Below, piece after piece: positions 1 through 9,377 of a DNA stretch of 64,000 nucleotides. This DNA comes from Myxococcota bacterium. GTDB lineage: Bacteria; Myxococcota_A; UBA796; SXON01. Numbering within the stretch: the stretch's first letter is position 1; every line of letters starts with the position of its first letter. A program made the translations under genes and the position numbers. A model generated the notes under the pieces. The model made no database searches. It saw only the letters and a list, made by a program, of their open reading frames with translations, and was not told the DNA's origin. Location: assembly GCA_040386535.1 (NCBI GenBank), contig JAZKFH010000049.1, positions 1 through 64,000 of the forward strand, given 5' to 3'.

Positions 1-114
1 GGCCGCCCTGCGGCCAACCAGGCACCCCCTTTCAGCAAAGGCCCCCCGACCTTGGCCGCCCTGCGGCCAACCAAGCACCCCCTTTCGGCAAAGGTCCCCG
101 GACCTTGGCCGCCC
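1..114. repeat. 53-bp imperfect tandem repeat (2 copies plus a partial; cut by window edge)
   Basis: GGCCGCCCTGCGGCCAACCA.GCACCCCCTTTC.GCAAAGG..GACCTT at 1-53 and 54-106, restarting at 107. Confidence 0.85.
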
Positions 115-329
115 CACGCGCACGCCCCTGGATCGCCGAGCCGAACGCCATCGCGACCGCACAACCGCTCGCCCCGCGCGAGGTGCCTGGAGGGCGGCCG
201 CTCGGCGGCCGGTCCGGCCGGGCGCCTCGCCCGGACGACCAAGGCGCTCCGCGCCGCGCCCGGAAGGGACCGGCCCCGGCGCCTCGCCGGGGACGCGCCC
301 AGAACCCCAACCCCCTCCCGTGAGGCCCC

Positions 330-1307
330 ATGCACGCTGATCTCTCCGCCCCCACGCGCCCGGCGCCGCTGTTCGAAGTGCGCGGCCTGTCGCGACGTTT
401 TCCCGTGGGTGGGCCGTTCGGGCCGCGGCGCTCGCTGCGGGCGCTGCACGACGTGTCGTTCGCCATCGCGCGCGGCGACAGCGTGGCGCTCGTGGGCGAG
501 TCGGGCAGCGGCAAGAGCACGCTGGCGCGCCTGGTCGTGCGCCTGGACGATCCGAGCGACGGCACGATGCTGCTCGACGGCCACGACGTCTACACCCGGG
601 AGCCGCGGGCCACGCGCGCCTACCGGAAACGCGTGCAGATGGTGTTCCAGGATCCGTTCGGGTCGCTGAACCCGGCGCACACGATCGGGCACCACATCGA
701 GCGGCCGCTGCGGCTGCATGGGCAGGCCGAAGGCGCCGCCGCGCGCGCGCGCGACCTGCTCGTCGAGGTGGGCCTGCCCGCGGACCTGGCGGACCGCCCG
801 GCGCGGTCGTTGTCGGGCGGGCAGCGGCAACGCGTCGCGATCGCGCGGGCGCTCGCCGTGTCGCCGGACCTGCTCGTGGCCGACGAGCCCACCTCGATGC
901 TCGACGTGTCGCTGCGCGCCGGCGTGCTCGAGCTGTTCGCCCGCGAGCGCGCCGCCCGCGGCCTCGCGTGCCTGTTCATCACCCACGATCTCGGCGCCGC
1001 GCGGGCCGCCGCGGACCGGGTGCTCGTCCTGTACGCGGGGATGCTCGTCGAGGCCGGCCCCATCGAGGACGTGCTCGCCGCGCCGCTCCACCCGTACACA
1101 AAACTCCTCGTCGCCGCCGCGCTCCCGGGCGATTTGCGCGCCCCCCTCCCCGCGCGCCCCGGGCAGGCCTCGTGTATCGATCCGGGGCCGGGTTGCCCGT
1201 TTGCCGCGCGGTGCCCCCTGGTCATGGACCGTTGCCGTGACTCTCTTCCGGTGCTCTCCGCCCCCTCGCCGGGGCGCCTGACCCGCTGCCACCTCACGGA
1301 GCCGTGA
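330..1307 (+). CDS. Oligopeptide/dipeptide-type (OppF/DppF-like) ABC transporter ATP-binding subunit, probably importing sugars or oligosaccharides
   Basis: Walker A GESGSGKS, QMVFQDP, LSGGQRQR, Walker B LLVADEPT, C-terminal HPYT...GCPFAARC...CHL domain; directly upstream of a beta-glucosidase. Confidence 0.93.
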   Translation: MHADLSAPTRPAPLFEVRGLSRRFPVGGPFGPRRSLRALHDVSFAIARGDSVALVGESGSGKSTLARLVVRLDDPSDGTMLLDGHDVYTREPRATRAYRKRVQMVFQDPFGSLNPAHTIGHHIERPLRLHGQAEGAAARARDLLVEVGLPADLADRPARSLSGGQRQRVAIARALAVSPDLLVADEPTSMLDVSLRAGVLELFARERAARGLACLFITHDLGAARAAADRVLVLYAGMLVEAGPIEDVLAAPLHPYTKLLVAAALPGDLRAPLPARPGQASCIDPGPGCPFAARCPLVMDRCRDSLPVLSAPSPGRLTRCHLTEP

Positions 1308-1311
1308 CGCC

Positions 1312-2685
1312 ATGAAGTACACCTTCCCCGCCGACTTCGTGTGGGGCGCCGCGACATCGTCCTACCAGATCGAGGGCGCGACCCGGGCCGACGGCCGCGG
1401 CCCGTCCATCTGGGACACGTTCGCCGCCACGCCGGGCGCGATCAAGGACGGCACGAACGGCGACGTCGCGTGTGACCACTACCACCGGTACCCCGAGGAC
1501 GTAGCGTTGATGCGGTCGCTGGGGCTCCAGGCGTACCGCTTCTCGATCGCGTGGCCGCGCATCGTGCCCGACGGCACCGGGCTGGTGGAGGCGCGGGGGC
1601 TGGACTTCTACGATCGGCTGGTGGACACGCTCCTCGCGGCCGGCATCACCCCCTGGGCCACGCTGTACCACTGGGATCTGCCCCAGCCGCTCGAGGACCT
1701 CGGCGGCTGGCCCGTGCGCACCACCGCCGAAGCGTTCGTGCCCTACGTCGACGCGGTGACCCGCCGCCTCGGCGACCGCGTGAAGCACTGGATCACCCAC
1801 AACGAGCCATGGTGCGCGAGCGTGCTCGGCTACCTCTCCGGCGAACACGCGCCCGGCCGCAAGGAGCCCGCCGCCGCGCTCGCGGCCGCCCACCACCTCT
1901 TGTTGTCGCACGGGATGGCCGTGCCCGTCGTGCGTTCCAACAGCCCGGGCGCCAAGGTCGGCATCACGCTGAACCTCAACCCCGCGACGCCCGCCTCGCC
2001 CTCCGACCTGGACGCCGAGGCCGCGCGCAAGTTCGACGGCACCTTCAACCGGTGGTTCCTCGATCCGGTGCACGGCCACGGCTACCCCAAGGACGTGGTG
2101 GACGACCACGCCGCCGAGGGCATCGACGCGCTCGCCGAGGTCCGCCCGGGGGACCTCGACACCATCGCCGTCGCGACGGATTTTCTCGGCGTGAACTACT
2201 ACACGCGGCACATCGCGCGCGGGCCCGAGGCCGGCAACCTGCCGCGCGTGGTCGAGGAGCCCGGGCCCGCCGCGCGCACCGACATCGGCTGGGAGGTGCA
2301 CGCCGAGAGCCTGCGCGCCCTGCTCGTGCGCCTCGCGACGGAGTACCCCCCTCAGCCGCTGTTCATCACGGAGAACGGCGCCGCCACCTTCGACGGCCCC
2401 GGCGCCGACGGCCGTATCGCCGACCCCCGGCGCGTGCGCTACCTCGCCGAGCACCTCGAGGCCGTCGCCGCCGCGCGGGCGGAGGGCGCGCGGGTGGACG
2501 GCTACTTCGCGTGGTCGCTCATGGACAACTTCGAGTGGGCGTGGGGGTACACGCAGCGCTTCGGCCTGGTGTGGGTCGACTACGCCACGCAGGCGCGGGT
2601 GCCGAAGGACAGCGCGTTCTGGTACCGCGACGTGATCGCGCGGGGCGGGTTCGACTTCGCGGTCGGGACGCCGGCGGGCGGGTAG
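1312..2685 (+). CDS. GH1 beta-glucosidase
   Basis: FVWGAATSSYQIEG signature, catalytic motifs THNEP and ITENG, WSLMDNFEW. Confidence 0.96.
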   Translation: MKYTFPADFVWGAATSSYQIEGATRADGRGPSIWDTFAATPGAIKDGTNGDVACDHYHRYPEDVALMRSLGLQAYRFSIAWPRIVPDGTGLVEARGLDFYDRLVDTLLAAGITPWATLYHWDLPQPLEDLGGWPVRTTAEAFVPYVDAVTRRLGDRVKHWITHNEPWCASVLGYLSGEHAPGRKEPAAALAAAHHLLLSHGMAVPVVRSNSPGAKVGITLNLNPATPASPSDLDAEAARKFDGTFNRWFLDPVHGHGYPKDVVDDHAAEGIDALAEVRPGDLDTIAVATDFLGVNYYTRHIARGPEAGNLPRVVEEPGPAARTDIGWEVHAESLRALLVRLATEYPPQPLFITENGAATFDGPGADGRIADPRRVRYLAEHLEAVAAARAEGARVDGYFAWSLMDNFEWAWGYTQRFGLVWVDYATQARVPKDSAFWYRDVIARGGFDFAVGTPAGG

Positions 2686-2878
2686 GCCGGGATCAGCCGG
2701 GCGGCCCGGCGGCCGAGCCCGCCGTCGGCACCCTCCGGGCGCGCGCTCCGCGCTTGGTTGGCGCGGTCGCCGCCTGCCGGCGTCGAGGCGCCGAACCGGC
2801 CGGCGCAGCCGGCCGCCCTGCGGGTGCCTGCCGCGGGGGGGCTCGGTTGGGATTCTGGGTTTTGGAGGCCCCTGAGTC

Positions 2879-3040
2879 GGGGCTCGCGGCGCCTCTCGGG
2901 TGGCCAGCGTGGAGGCGCCGAGTGGAGGCGCCGAGTGGAGGCGCCGAGTGGAGGCGCCGAGTGGAGGCGCTGGGCTCGGGGCGCCTCGCGGGTGGCCACC
3001 ATGGAGGCGCCGAGTGGAGGTGCTGGGCTGGAGGTGCACG
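2879..3040. repeat. 13-bp tandem repeat GTGGAGGCGCCGA inside a larger local duplication
   Basis: About 4.8 units at 2909-2970, more units at about 3001-3020, each block preceded by GGGCTCG..GCGCCTC.CGGGTGGCCA. Confidence 0.9.
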
Positions 3041-3282
3041 CCGGTGGAGTCCAGAAGGCGCGGCAGAAAGTGTCCGGAGACTCTGGCGGTAGCAGTGGGT
3101 GGCGGCGCCCGCGTGCGCGAGCGTCCTGCCGAGTGGCCGTGCCTGGGGCGCGCCGCCCGCTGATGACGGCCTTTTCGGCATTTCCGGACTACTCGTCGGT
3201 GCCGTTGTTCGCGCCCGCCTCGAGGTTTCGGACGGAGGCCCCGCCCATCTTGATGTGCTGGCCGCGCTCGAGGACACGGCCG

Positions 3283-3880
3283 CCGCCGGGGGCGCGCCGC
3301 CCGCCCGGCAGGCCCCGCGACCCGACAGAACGGGCGTCAGTGCCGGTCGTGACGCCCACTGGATGCGGATCCATCATGTCTCCCTCGAAGGCGTGGAAAT
3401 CCAGAGCGCAGCTGGCGGCGGAGGTTTCCGGCGGCACCCGCAGGCCCCCGACCCGGCGCCAGCCGCCACTCGGCTGCCTTCCGTCGTACCCTCGAGCGCC
3501 GAACGGCTCGCCGGGCCCCGTGTGGGCCCGCCGCCAGCGTCCCCCTGCGGGCGTGGAACCTTCTCGGACGGCGGCGCCAGAGCAGCACTTCGCGGAAATA
3601 CCCCGTTCCAACTCGGAATGGTGGATGCGGATCCAGTGGCTGACCCGAGATCTGTCGGGTTTCCCCCTCCCTCTCGGCACGCGGGGCGGGCGGGATCGCC
3701 CCGTCGTGACGGGCCAACGCCCGGTTCTGACCGGCGCCCCCGCCGCCGGGGCCGCTCCGCCCGCCCGGCGGGCCCCGCGACCCGACAGAACGGGCGTCAG
3801 TGCCGGTCGTGACGCGAGATCTGTCGGGTTTCCCCCTCCCTCTCGGCACGCGGGCCGGCGGGATCTCCCCGTTGTGACGC
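3283..3880. repeat. Cluster of REP-like palindromic modules (family A)
   Basis: CGACCCGACAGAACGGGCGTCAGTGCCGGTCGTGACGC is identical at 3318-3355 and 3778-3815; a second module CGAGATCTGTCGGGTTTCCCCCTCCCTCTCGGCACGCGGG at 3646 and 3815; a related copy on the minus strand at 59445-59482. Confidence 0.85.
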
Positions 3881-4082
3881 GACGTCCTGTACAGGGTCGG
3901 CGCGGTCTCGGCGGAGACATGTTCGACCGAGCGAATGCTCACGTCGGTGCGGGCGGCGATGCTGGCTTGGAGGGGCCCCCCTCCGCCATGTGGTGGATCT
4001 CCGTACGGGTCATGATGTCGATCACCCGACGGTCTCCGGTGCGTACCCGACTGCTTACCGAGGACTTCCAAGGGCTACAGAC

Positions 4083-4128
4083 GCGCCGCGCCGGAGGCGC
4101 CGCGCCGGAGGCGCCGCGCCGGAGGCGC
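4083..4128. repeat. 14-bp tandem repeat GCGCCGCGCCGGAG x3
   Basis: Directly visible. Confidence 0.8.
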
Positions 4129-4310
4129 CTCCGCCCAGGTGACCGGAGGGGGGCGGCCCCTGGCCGCCCGTCCGGGCCCGCGCCGCGCGGGACCGACCGA
4201 GCGGCTTTGCCGCGAGCCCGTAGGGCGCCGGCGCCGTCAGGCGGGGCGCCAAGCTCCGGAGCGCGTCTCGCCGTCGTCGCGTGCACGCCGACGTCGAGCG
4301 CCACGACCAG

Positions 4311-4324
4311 GGTGACGGACGTCT
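4311..4324 (+). other. Candidate attL core GGTGACGGACGTCT
   Basis: Identical to 43316-43329. Confidence 0.7.
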
Positions 4325-4585
4325 TGTCCAGTTCACCCGATGCCGGGGACGTGGAATGCCCGTCAGATGGTGCTTTCAGCGGGATCTGGCGCCCTTCTCG
4401 ACCGGGGGATTTCGGGGGTTCTCGGGCGCCCTCGGTGTCTCATGTGTGTCCGGTGTCCGGGCGTCGTGAGTGACGGACACACGCCCTCGGGGGGCGAGCA
4501 TGGGCAGGTTCAAGCCCGTCGACTCGGCGAGGCTCGCCCGGCCGCGAAGCCGTTGTCTGCCCCCGGCGCGGAAGTTCGCGCGCGA

Positions 4586-4825
4586 CTACGGCTTCACCAG
4601 CGCCCGGTCCACCGGGCCTTCGCCGGGCACAGCGTTGCTGGGGCTCGTCGGATCCTGCTTCCGCGAGGGCTCGACGTGGCCCTGGGCGCCGATGGTCTCG
4701 GAGTACCGGCGCGGCCTCGGCCGATTCGAAGAGCGGTTGCGTCTGGTCTCGGGTTCGCCGGCGGTGTGCGCGGACGGTGCCGACGCCGTTCGTGTGGCGG
4801 CGAACCGCGATCACGTCTGATCGGG
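4586..4825 (-). pseudogene. Frameshifted remnant paralogous to the 3' half of 5442..6029
   Basis: RAHRRRTRDQTQPLFESAEAA versus RAHRRRTRDQTRPLFESAEAA; after a frameshift GEGPVDRALVKP* versus SEGAVDWSKVEV*. Confidence 0.75.
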
Positions 4826-4918
4826 CAAGATCTCGGCCATCAACCGTGACATCACCCTTCGCGCTCAACTGTCGACGCAGCCGTCGAAGCGTCTACTTCA
4901 GCGTGAACGGAGGAGACG

Positions 4919-5386
4919 ATGACCAGGAACGCCCTGGGTTTCGGTGCGCTGGTTGCCCTCGGGCTTGTGGGAAGCGCGGCGCTGGCGGGGGGCGGGGGCA
5001 ACATCCCCTACCCGCAGACTGACTTCATCGAGACGCCGCCCGAGGCTTCGATCATCGACGTCGAGCTCTACGGTCAGCCGTGCAAGCTCGCGACCGCCTC
5101 CCGCGGTGATCGCGAGCTCAAGTTGAAGCTCACGGGCGAGGGGCGCGTGGTGATGTGGCCGTTCGGCGACCATGCCGCGGGCGACGAGGAGGGGTTTCAC
5201 GAGCTGGACACCACCGGCTACGAGGTGCGGGGCGGGCGCGAGGTCATCGGCGCTTATGACTTCTTGAACGAAGATCCGATGCTCGGCGTGCTCGTGTGCC
5301 CCATTGAGGGCTCGGTCGACGTCGAGGTGACGGGCTCGCCGACCTGCACGACCGACTTCACGTGCGAGGAGGCTGGCGTCCGGTAA
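4919..5386 (+). CDS. Hypothetical secreted protein
   Basis: GGAG RBS, N-terminal signal peptide (..ALVALGLVGSAALA), normal protein composition. Confidence 0.75.
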   Translation: MTRNALGFGALVALGLVGSAALAGGGGNIPYPQTDFIETPPEASIIDVELYGQPCKLATASRGDRELKLKLTGEGRVVMWPFGDHAAGDEEGFHELDTTGYEVRGGREVIGAYDFLNEDPMLGVLVCPIEGSVDVEVTGSPTCTTDFTCEEAGVR

Positions 5387-5441
5387 GCGAGCCCGACCGA
5401 GGACAACGCGCCGCGCGCTCCGTAGCCTGCCTGCTCGGGGA

Positions 5442-6029
5442 TCAGACCTCCACCTTCGACCAGTCGACCGCCCCCTCGGAGGGCGACGGTTTCGCGCTCG
5501 CGCGCTTCCGTCGCCGCCGCTCCGGCTCCGTGTAGTCGGGGGCAGCCACGAGGTCCGCGTACCAGCGACGGGCGGCCTCGGCCGATTCGAACAGCGGTCG
5601 CGTCTGGTCGCGGGTGCGACGGCGGTGCGCGCGGATGGTGGAGTCGTCCACACCGATGGCGCTGGCGATCTGGAGCCATGTCGAGATGGGTCCGGGCACG
5701 GGCTCGCCGGAGGCGCGCGCCGGGCCCGCGTAGGGCATCACGGCCGGGGCGGCGAGCGGCAGGCAGCTGAGCTCGGCAACGACCGCGGTGAACCACGCGA
5801 CGCCGCACACGTGGAGGTCCCATTGGATGTCGCCGTCGTCGGTGCGCCAGCCGAGCAGGGCGGCGCGGGCCGGCGGGTGGTCCGTGTCGAGTTCGCGGGC
5901 GGCCTGAAGCGTGCCGCGCTCGAAGAACGCCACGTCGTCAGTATGGTCGCGGTACGCGCCGAGCGCGCCGGGGATGGAGGCGGAGAGGGGCCGACCGCGA
6001 TGGAGCGGGGCTGTGGTGGAGGGGGTCAT
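5442..6029 (-). CDS. Hypothetical protein with C-terminal HTH (Xis/excisionase-like)
   Basis: TWLQIASAIGVDDSTIRAHRRR...RRWY resembles a winged HTH; lies near the left island end. Confidence 0.6.
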   Translation of the reverse strand: MTPSTTAPLHRGRPLSASIPGALGAYRDHTDDVAFFERGTLQAARELDTDHPPARAALLGWRTDDGDIQWDLHVCGVAWFTAVVAELSCLPLAAPAVMPYAGPARASGEPVPGPISTWLQIASAIGVDDSTIRAHRRRTRDQTRPLFESAEAARRWYADLVAAPDYTEPERRRRKRASAKPSPSEGAVDWSKVEV

Positions 6030-6428
6030 GGGCGTCCTCGGCGACGTGCAAGTTGGGCATCACCGTACCGAGGATGCAGAGCACACGCAAGCGACGGATC
6101 GCGCCCATGATCAGCCTGGGAACGGCATCTTTGACGCGGTAGCGTCAACCCTGGCGCCGACCTCGGCCCGAGTTCGACGGCGGTGGGCGCTACTCGGGCG
6201 CGCGCTGCCCTTCGCCGTCGACAACGCGAGGAGCCTGAGGACGGCCACGAGCGCCGCCATCCCCGAGAGGAGCGCGGCGGCGCCGCAGAAGATCGAGGCG
6301 CGGCTGGCGAAGACCACCAGCTGACGAGCAGCCCGCACACGCTCATCAGGAGGCCGAGGCCGAGCACGAGAGCAGTACCGCGAGCAAGTGCCCCTCCGAC
6401 CACGTCGTGTTCTGCCCGACCGCGCCGC

Positions 6429-6782
6429 TCACGGTGAGAGGATCCGGTCCGACAGCATCCGCTTCATGTCGCGGGCGGCCCCTGGGGGCGCGGTGAGCGT
6501 GACGATCGCCCCGTCCGTCATCGAGAGGTTCACCCGGCCACGGAAGAGCCCGATGTCCGTGGAGAACGACTTGATGTCCGTGTACTTCCAGCCGATCGTG
6601 GTCTCGCGGAAGACGCGCCGAACCTCGCAGACGATACCCCGGTCGTTCAACGTGACGGTGCCGTGGGCGAAGATCCCGCCCTCGCCCGCGGGTCGGCCGC
6701 GGAAGCTGACGACATCCGCGGCGACGGCCGGTCGTGAGGAGAAGAGGAGGCTGACGAGGACCGCCAGGACGGACAGGCGCAT
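6429..6782 (-). CDS. Small hypothetical secreted protein (possibly bacterial PH-like fold)
   Basis: Signal peptide; WKYTDIKSFS..GLFRGRVNL pattern. Confidence 0.6.
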   Translation of the reverse strand: MRLSVLAVLVSLLFSSRPAVAADVVSFRGRPAGEGGIFAHGTVTLNDRGIVCEVRRVFRETTIGWKYTDIKSFSTDIGLFRGRVNLSMTDGAIVTLTAPPGAARDMKRMLSDRILSP

Positions 6783-6903
6783 GCGAGGGACTCCGATGAT
6801 CCGGCGGAATGCCGGACGCGCACGAGCCCTACCATAATACTAAGCGATATCACAAGGTGTTCTAAGGCATGGCGATCAGGCGCGCTTGACGCGAAGCGGT
6901 CGG

Positions 6904-7251
6904 ATGCCACGTCGCATGCGCGATCAAGCCCTCCTCGACAAGTTCGGCAAGCATGCCGCTGCGCTCCGAGCGGCCGCGGGGCTCACCCAGCAGCGCGTGG
7001 CCGACCGGATGGGGGTTCGACCCGAAGCCGTAAGCCAGATCGAGTCCGGAAAGCTCTCGCCCACGCTGTCCACGATCGTAGCTCTGGCGCACGCCCTCGG
7101 CGTCGCGCCGTCGGCACTACTGGACTTCGAGTCGGTGCCCGTTGCGCAGCCCGAAGGGGCGGACGAGGTCGAGCTCCTCGCGGACTACCGGGCGCTCGGG
7201 GAGGCAGACCGCGTGGTCGCCCGTAGCGTCACCCACGCCCTCCGAAAGTAG
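6904..7251 (+). CDS. XRE-family HTH transcriptional regulator
   Basis: LRAAAGLTQQRVADRMGVRPEAVSQIESGKLSPTLSTIVALAHALGV. Confidence 0.92.
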   Translation: MPRRMRDQALLDKFGKHAAALRAAAGLTQQRVADRMGVRPEAVSQIESGKLSPTLSTIVALAHALGVAPSALLDFESVPVAQPEGADEVELLADYRALGEADRVVARSVTHALRK

Positions 7252-7501
7252 GCGGCCTCCTCACCTTCGCCTCGAACCGGGTGGCGGAAAGTTCGCCCGT
7301 CGTTAGGCGGCCATGCTTGATGTTCGCATCGTAGTCTAACAAGGCGGGCGATCGCGAAGTTCGAACGCATCGCTTGTCGATGGCGTTGCCGGTGACAAAC
7401 ATTGACGACGCCCGCTCGCGCCCCTGGTGCACGTGCGGTCGCCACCTGACCACCGTCTTCGGCTGGGTGGCCTCGTCCATATCTCACCGTGGAGTTGTCG
7501 A

Positions 7502-8341
7502 ATGGAGTGTTTCAAGCTCGTCTATGAGGTTCTTTCCGAGATCTACGACGGCGATCCCCGGCCAGAGGCCACGAAAGATGCCGCCATTAAGAAGCAGTTG
7601 GACTACCTGCGCGATCAGTATGTGACCCTGGCATCGGCCACCACGGCCCCCGTCGACTACAACGATGCCGCGACACGCTTCGCGTACGTGTACCGATACA
7701 CCACGTCGCACGCGAACCTCGTCGCTTCCGTTATCGGGGCCGTGCCCGCCCTGCGAGAGATCTTGGAACAGGACAAGGTCACCATCGCCTGCGTCGGCGG
7801 AGGGCCGGGCAGCGACTTCCTCGGCGTCGTGAAGCACAAGCTCGCGGCTGGTAAGGACGGGAGCCTGAAGGCGTTCCTCCTCGACAAGGAGCGCGCCTGG
7901 GGTGAGACGTGGGCCGACGTGGACGAGCATATGGATGGAGTGGACTTCAAGCTCTCCACGTTCTTCCAGGATTTGGACGTGACCGACAGCAAGTCCTGGG
8001 GGGGGTTCACGAAGTACTTGAGCGCCGACCTGATCACGATGATCTACTTCGTCTCCGAGGTCTGGGCGGTGCGTGCGCAGGCGGAAGCGTACTTCAAACA
8101 CCTGTTTGATAAGGCGCCGTCGGGCACGCTGTTCCTGTTCATCGACAACAACGCCGCCGTCTTCTACGAGTGGTTCGACAAGCTCACGAGCTCGGCCGGG
8201 TTGACGACCGTGGCGTCCGCGGAGAGCGGGTTCCGCCTCCCGAACCACGAGCAGAAGTCGGAGCTCGGCCGCTTCTTCGACAAGTTCAGCTACCCGAAGA
8301 TCACGGCCAACGTCGCCTACCGCGTGCTGCGGAAGCCCTGA
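7502..8341 (+). CDS. Class I SAM-dependent methyltransferase-like protein
   Basis: AYVYRY helix, motif I IACVGGGPGSD, acidic residue in FLLDK, ADLITMIYFVSE, GTLFLFID. Confidence 0.7.
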   Translation: MECFKLVYEVLSEIYDGDPRPEATKDAAIKKQLDYLRDQYVTLASATTAPVDYNDAATRFAYVYRYTTSHANLVASVIGAVPALREILEQDKVTIACVGGGPGSDFLGVVKHKLAAGKDGSLKAFLLDKERAWGETWADVDEHMDGVDFKLSTFFQDLDVTDSKSWGGFTKYLSADLITMIYFVSEVWAVRAQAEAYFKHLFDKAPSGTLFLFIDNNAAVFYEWFDKLTSSAGLTTVASAESGFRLPNHEQKSELGRFFDKFSYPKITANVAYRVLRKP

Positions 8342-8426
8342 ACGGGACCCGGACAGTTTCTGGACGGCGGCGGGGGTACGCTCTTCGCGAGGCTCACGGC
8401 CCCACGCCGTCACCCTGGACGACACG

Positions 8427-9377
8427 ATGATTATCTCCGCTTCCTACAAGACTGACATTCCGGCGTTCTACGGGCGGTGGTTCCGCAACCGCCTGCGCGC
8501 CGGCTACTGCAAGATGGTCAACCCGTTCAACGCCCATCAGGTCTTCGAGGTGTCCCTCCGTCCCGAGGACGTAGACGGCATCGTGTTCTGGACCAAGAAC
8601 CCCGGGCCGTTCCTCGACGGACTGGCGGACGTGCACGAGCGGGGCATCCCGTTCATCGTCCAGTACACCATCAACGGCTACCCGCGGGTGCTGGAGTCGC
8701 GCGTGGTGCCCGCCGACAAGTCGATCGAGCACTTTCGAAGGATAGCGGACACCTACGGGCGGCTCGTCCCCGTCTGGCGTTACGACACGATCGTGTTCTC
8801 CTCCGAAACCCCACCCGACTTTCATCGTCGCAACTTCGAACGCCTCGCCTCCGCGTTGGAGGGGGCCACGGATGAGGTCGTGGTGTCGTTCGCGCAGATC
8901 TACAAGAAGACGCAGCGCAACATGAACGAGGCGGCGAAGGAGCACGGCTTCACATGGTCGGACCCGCCGGCCTCGGAGAAGCTCGCGCTGGTGCGGGAGC
9001 TGGCCGCGATGGCACGGGCCCGTGGCATTCAGCTCAAGGTGTGCTCGCAGAAGGCGTACGTCGTCGAGGGCGTCCAGGAAGCCCGATGCGTGGACGCACA
9101 GCGCATCATGGAGGTGGCCGGACGTCTGGTCGCGTCCAAGCTCAAGGGGAACCGCAAAGAGTGCGGCTGCTTCTACTCGAAGGACATCGGCGACTACGAC
9201 ACCTGCCCGCATGGGTGCGTCTACTGCTACGCTGTGACCAGCACCGCGGTGGCTGCTCGCCGGTTCCGGGAGCACGACCCCGAGGGGGAGTTTCTCTACC
9301 CGCGGGTCGGGGCGCCGCCGCCGGAAACGCCGAGCGAGCCCGATCAGGTTCCGCTCTTCGGGAGGGTGAAGCGTTGA
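8427..9377 (+). CDS. DUF1848 family protein (Fe-S / radical-SAM-like)
   Basis: MIISASYKTDIPAFY, IVFWTKNP, WRYD, C-terminal CGC..SKDIGDYDTCPHGCVYCYA. Confidence 0.92.
   Translation: MIISASYKTDIPAFYGRWFRNRLRAGYCKMVNPFNAHQVFEVSLRPEDVDGIVFWTKNPGPFLDGLADVHERGIPFIVQYTINGYPRVLESRVVPADKSIEHFRRIADTYGRLVPVWRYDTIVFSSETPPDFHRRNFERLASALEGATDEVVVSFAQIYKKTQRNMNEAAKEHGFTWSDPPASEKLALVRELAAMARARGIQLKVCSQKAYVVEGVQEARCVDAQRIMEVAGRLVASKLKGNRKECGCFYSKDIGDYDTCPHGCVYCYAVTSTAVAARRFREHDPEGEFLYPRVGAPPPETPSEPDQVPLFGRVKR

Noticed and set aside
2909..2970. Possible CRISPR or coding repeat (WRRRVEAPSGGAE ORFs)
   Set aside because: Head-to-tail 13-mers without spacers; the ORFs are low-complexity read-through of the repeat
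2758..4473. 571-aa ORF
   Set aside because: R/P/G/A-rich translation of repeat DNA with no domain; typical high-GC spurious ORF
4470..4820. 116-aa ORF on the + strand
   Set aside because: Better explained as the antisense of the decayed Xis-like duplicate
6026..6403. Small membrane protein(s)
   Set aside because: Two overlapping hydrophobic frames with no clear start or RBS; possibly a frameshifted remnant, cannot be called
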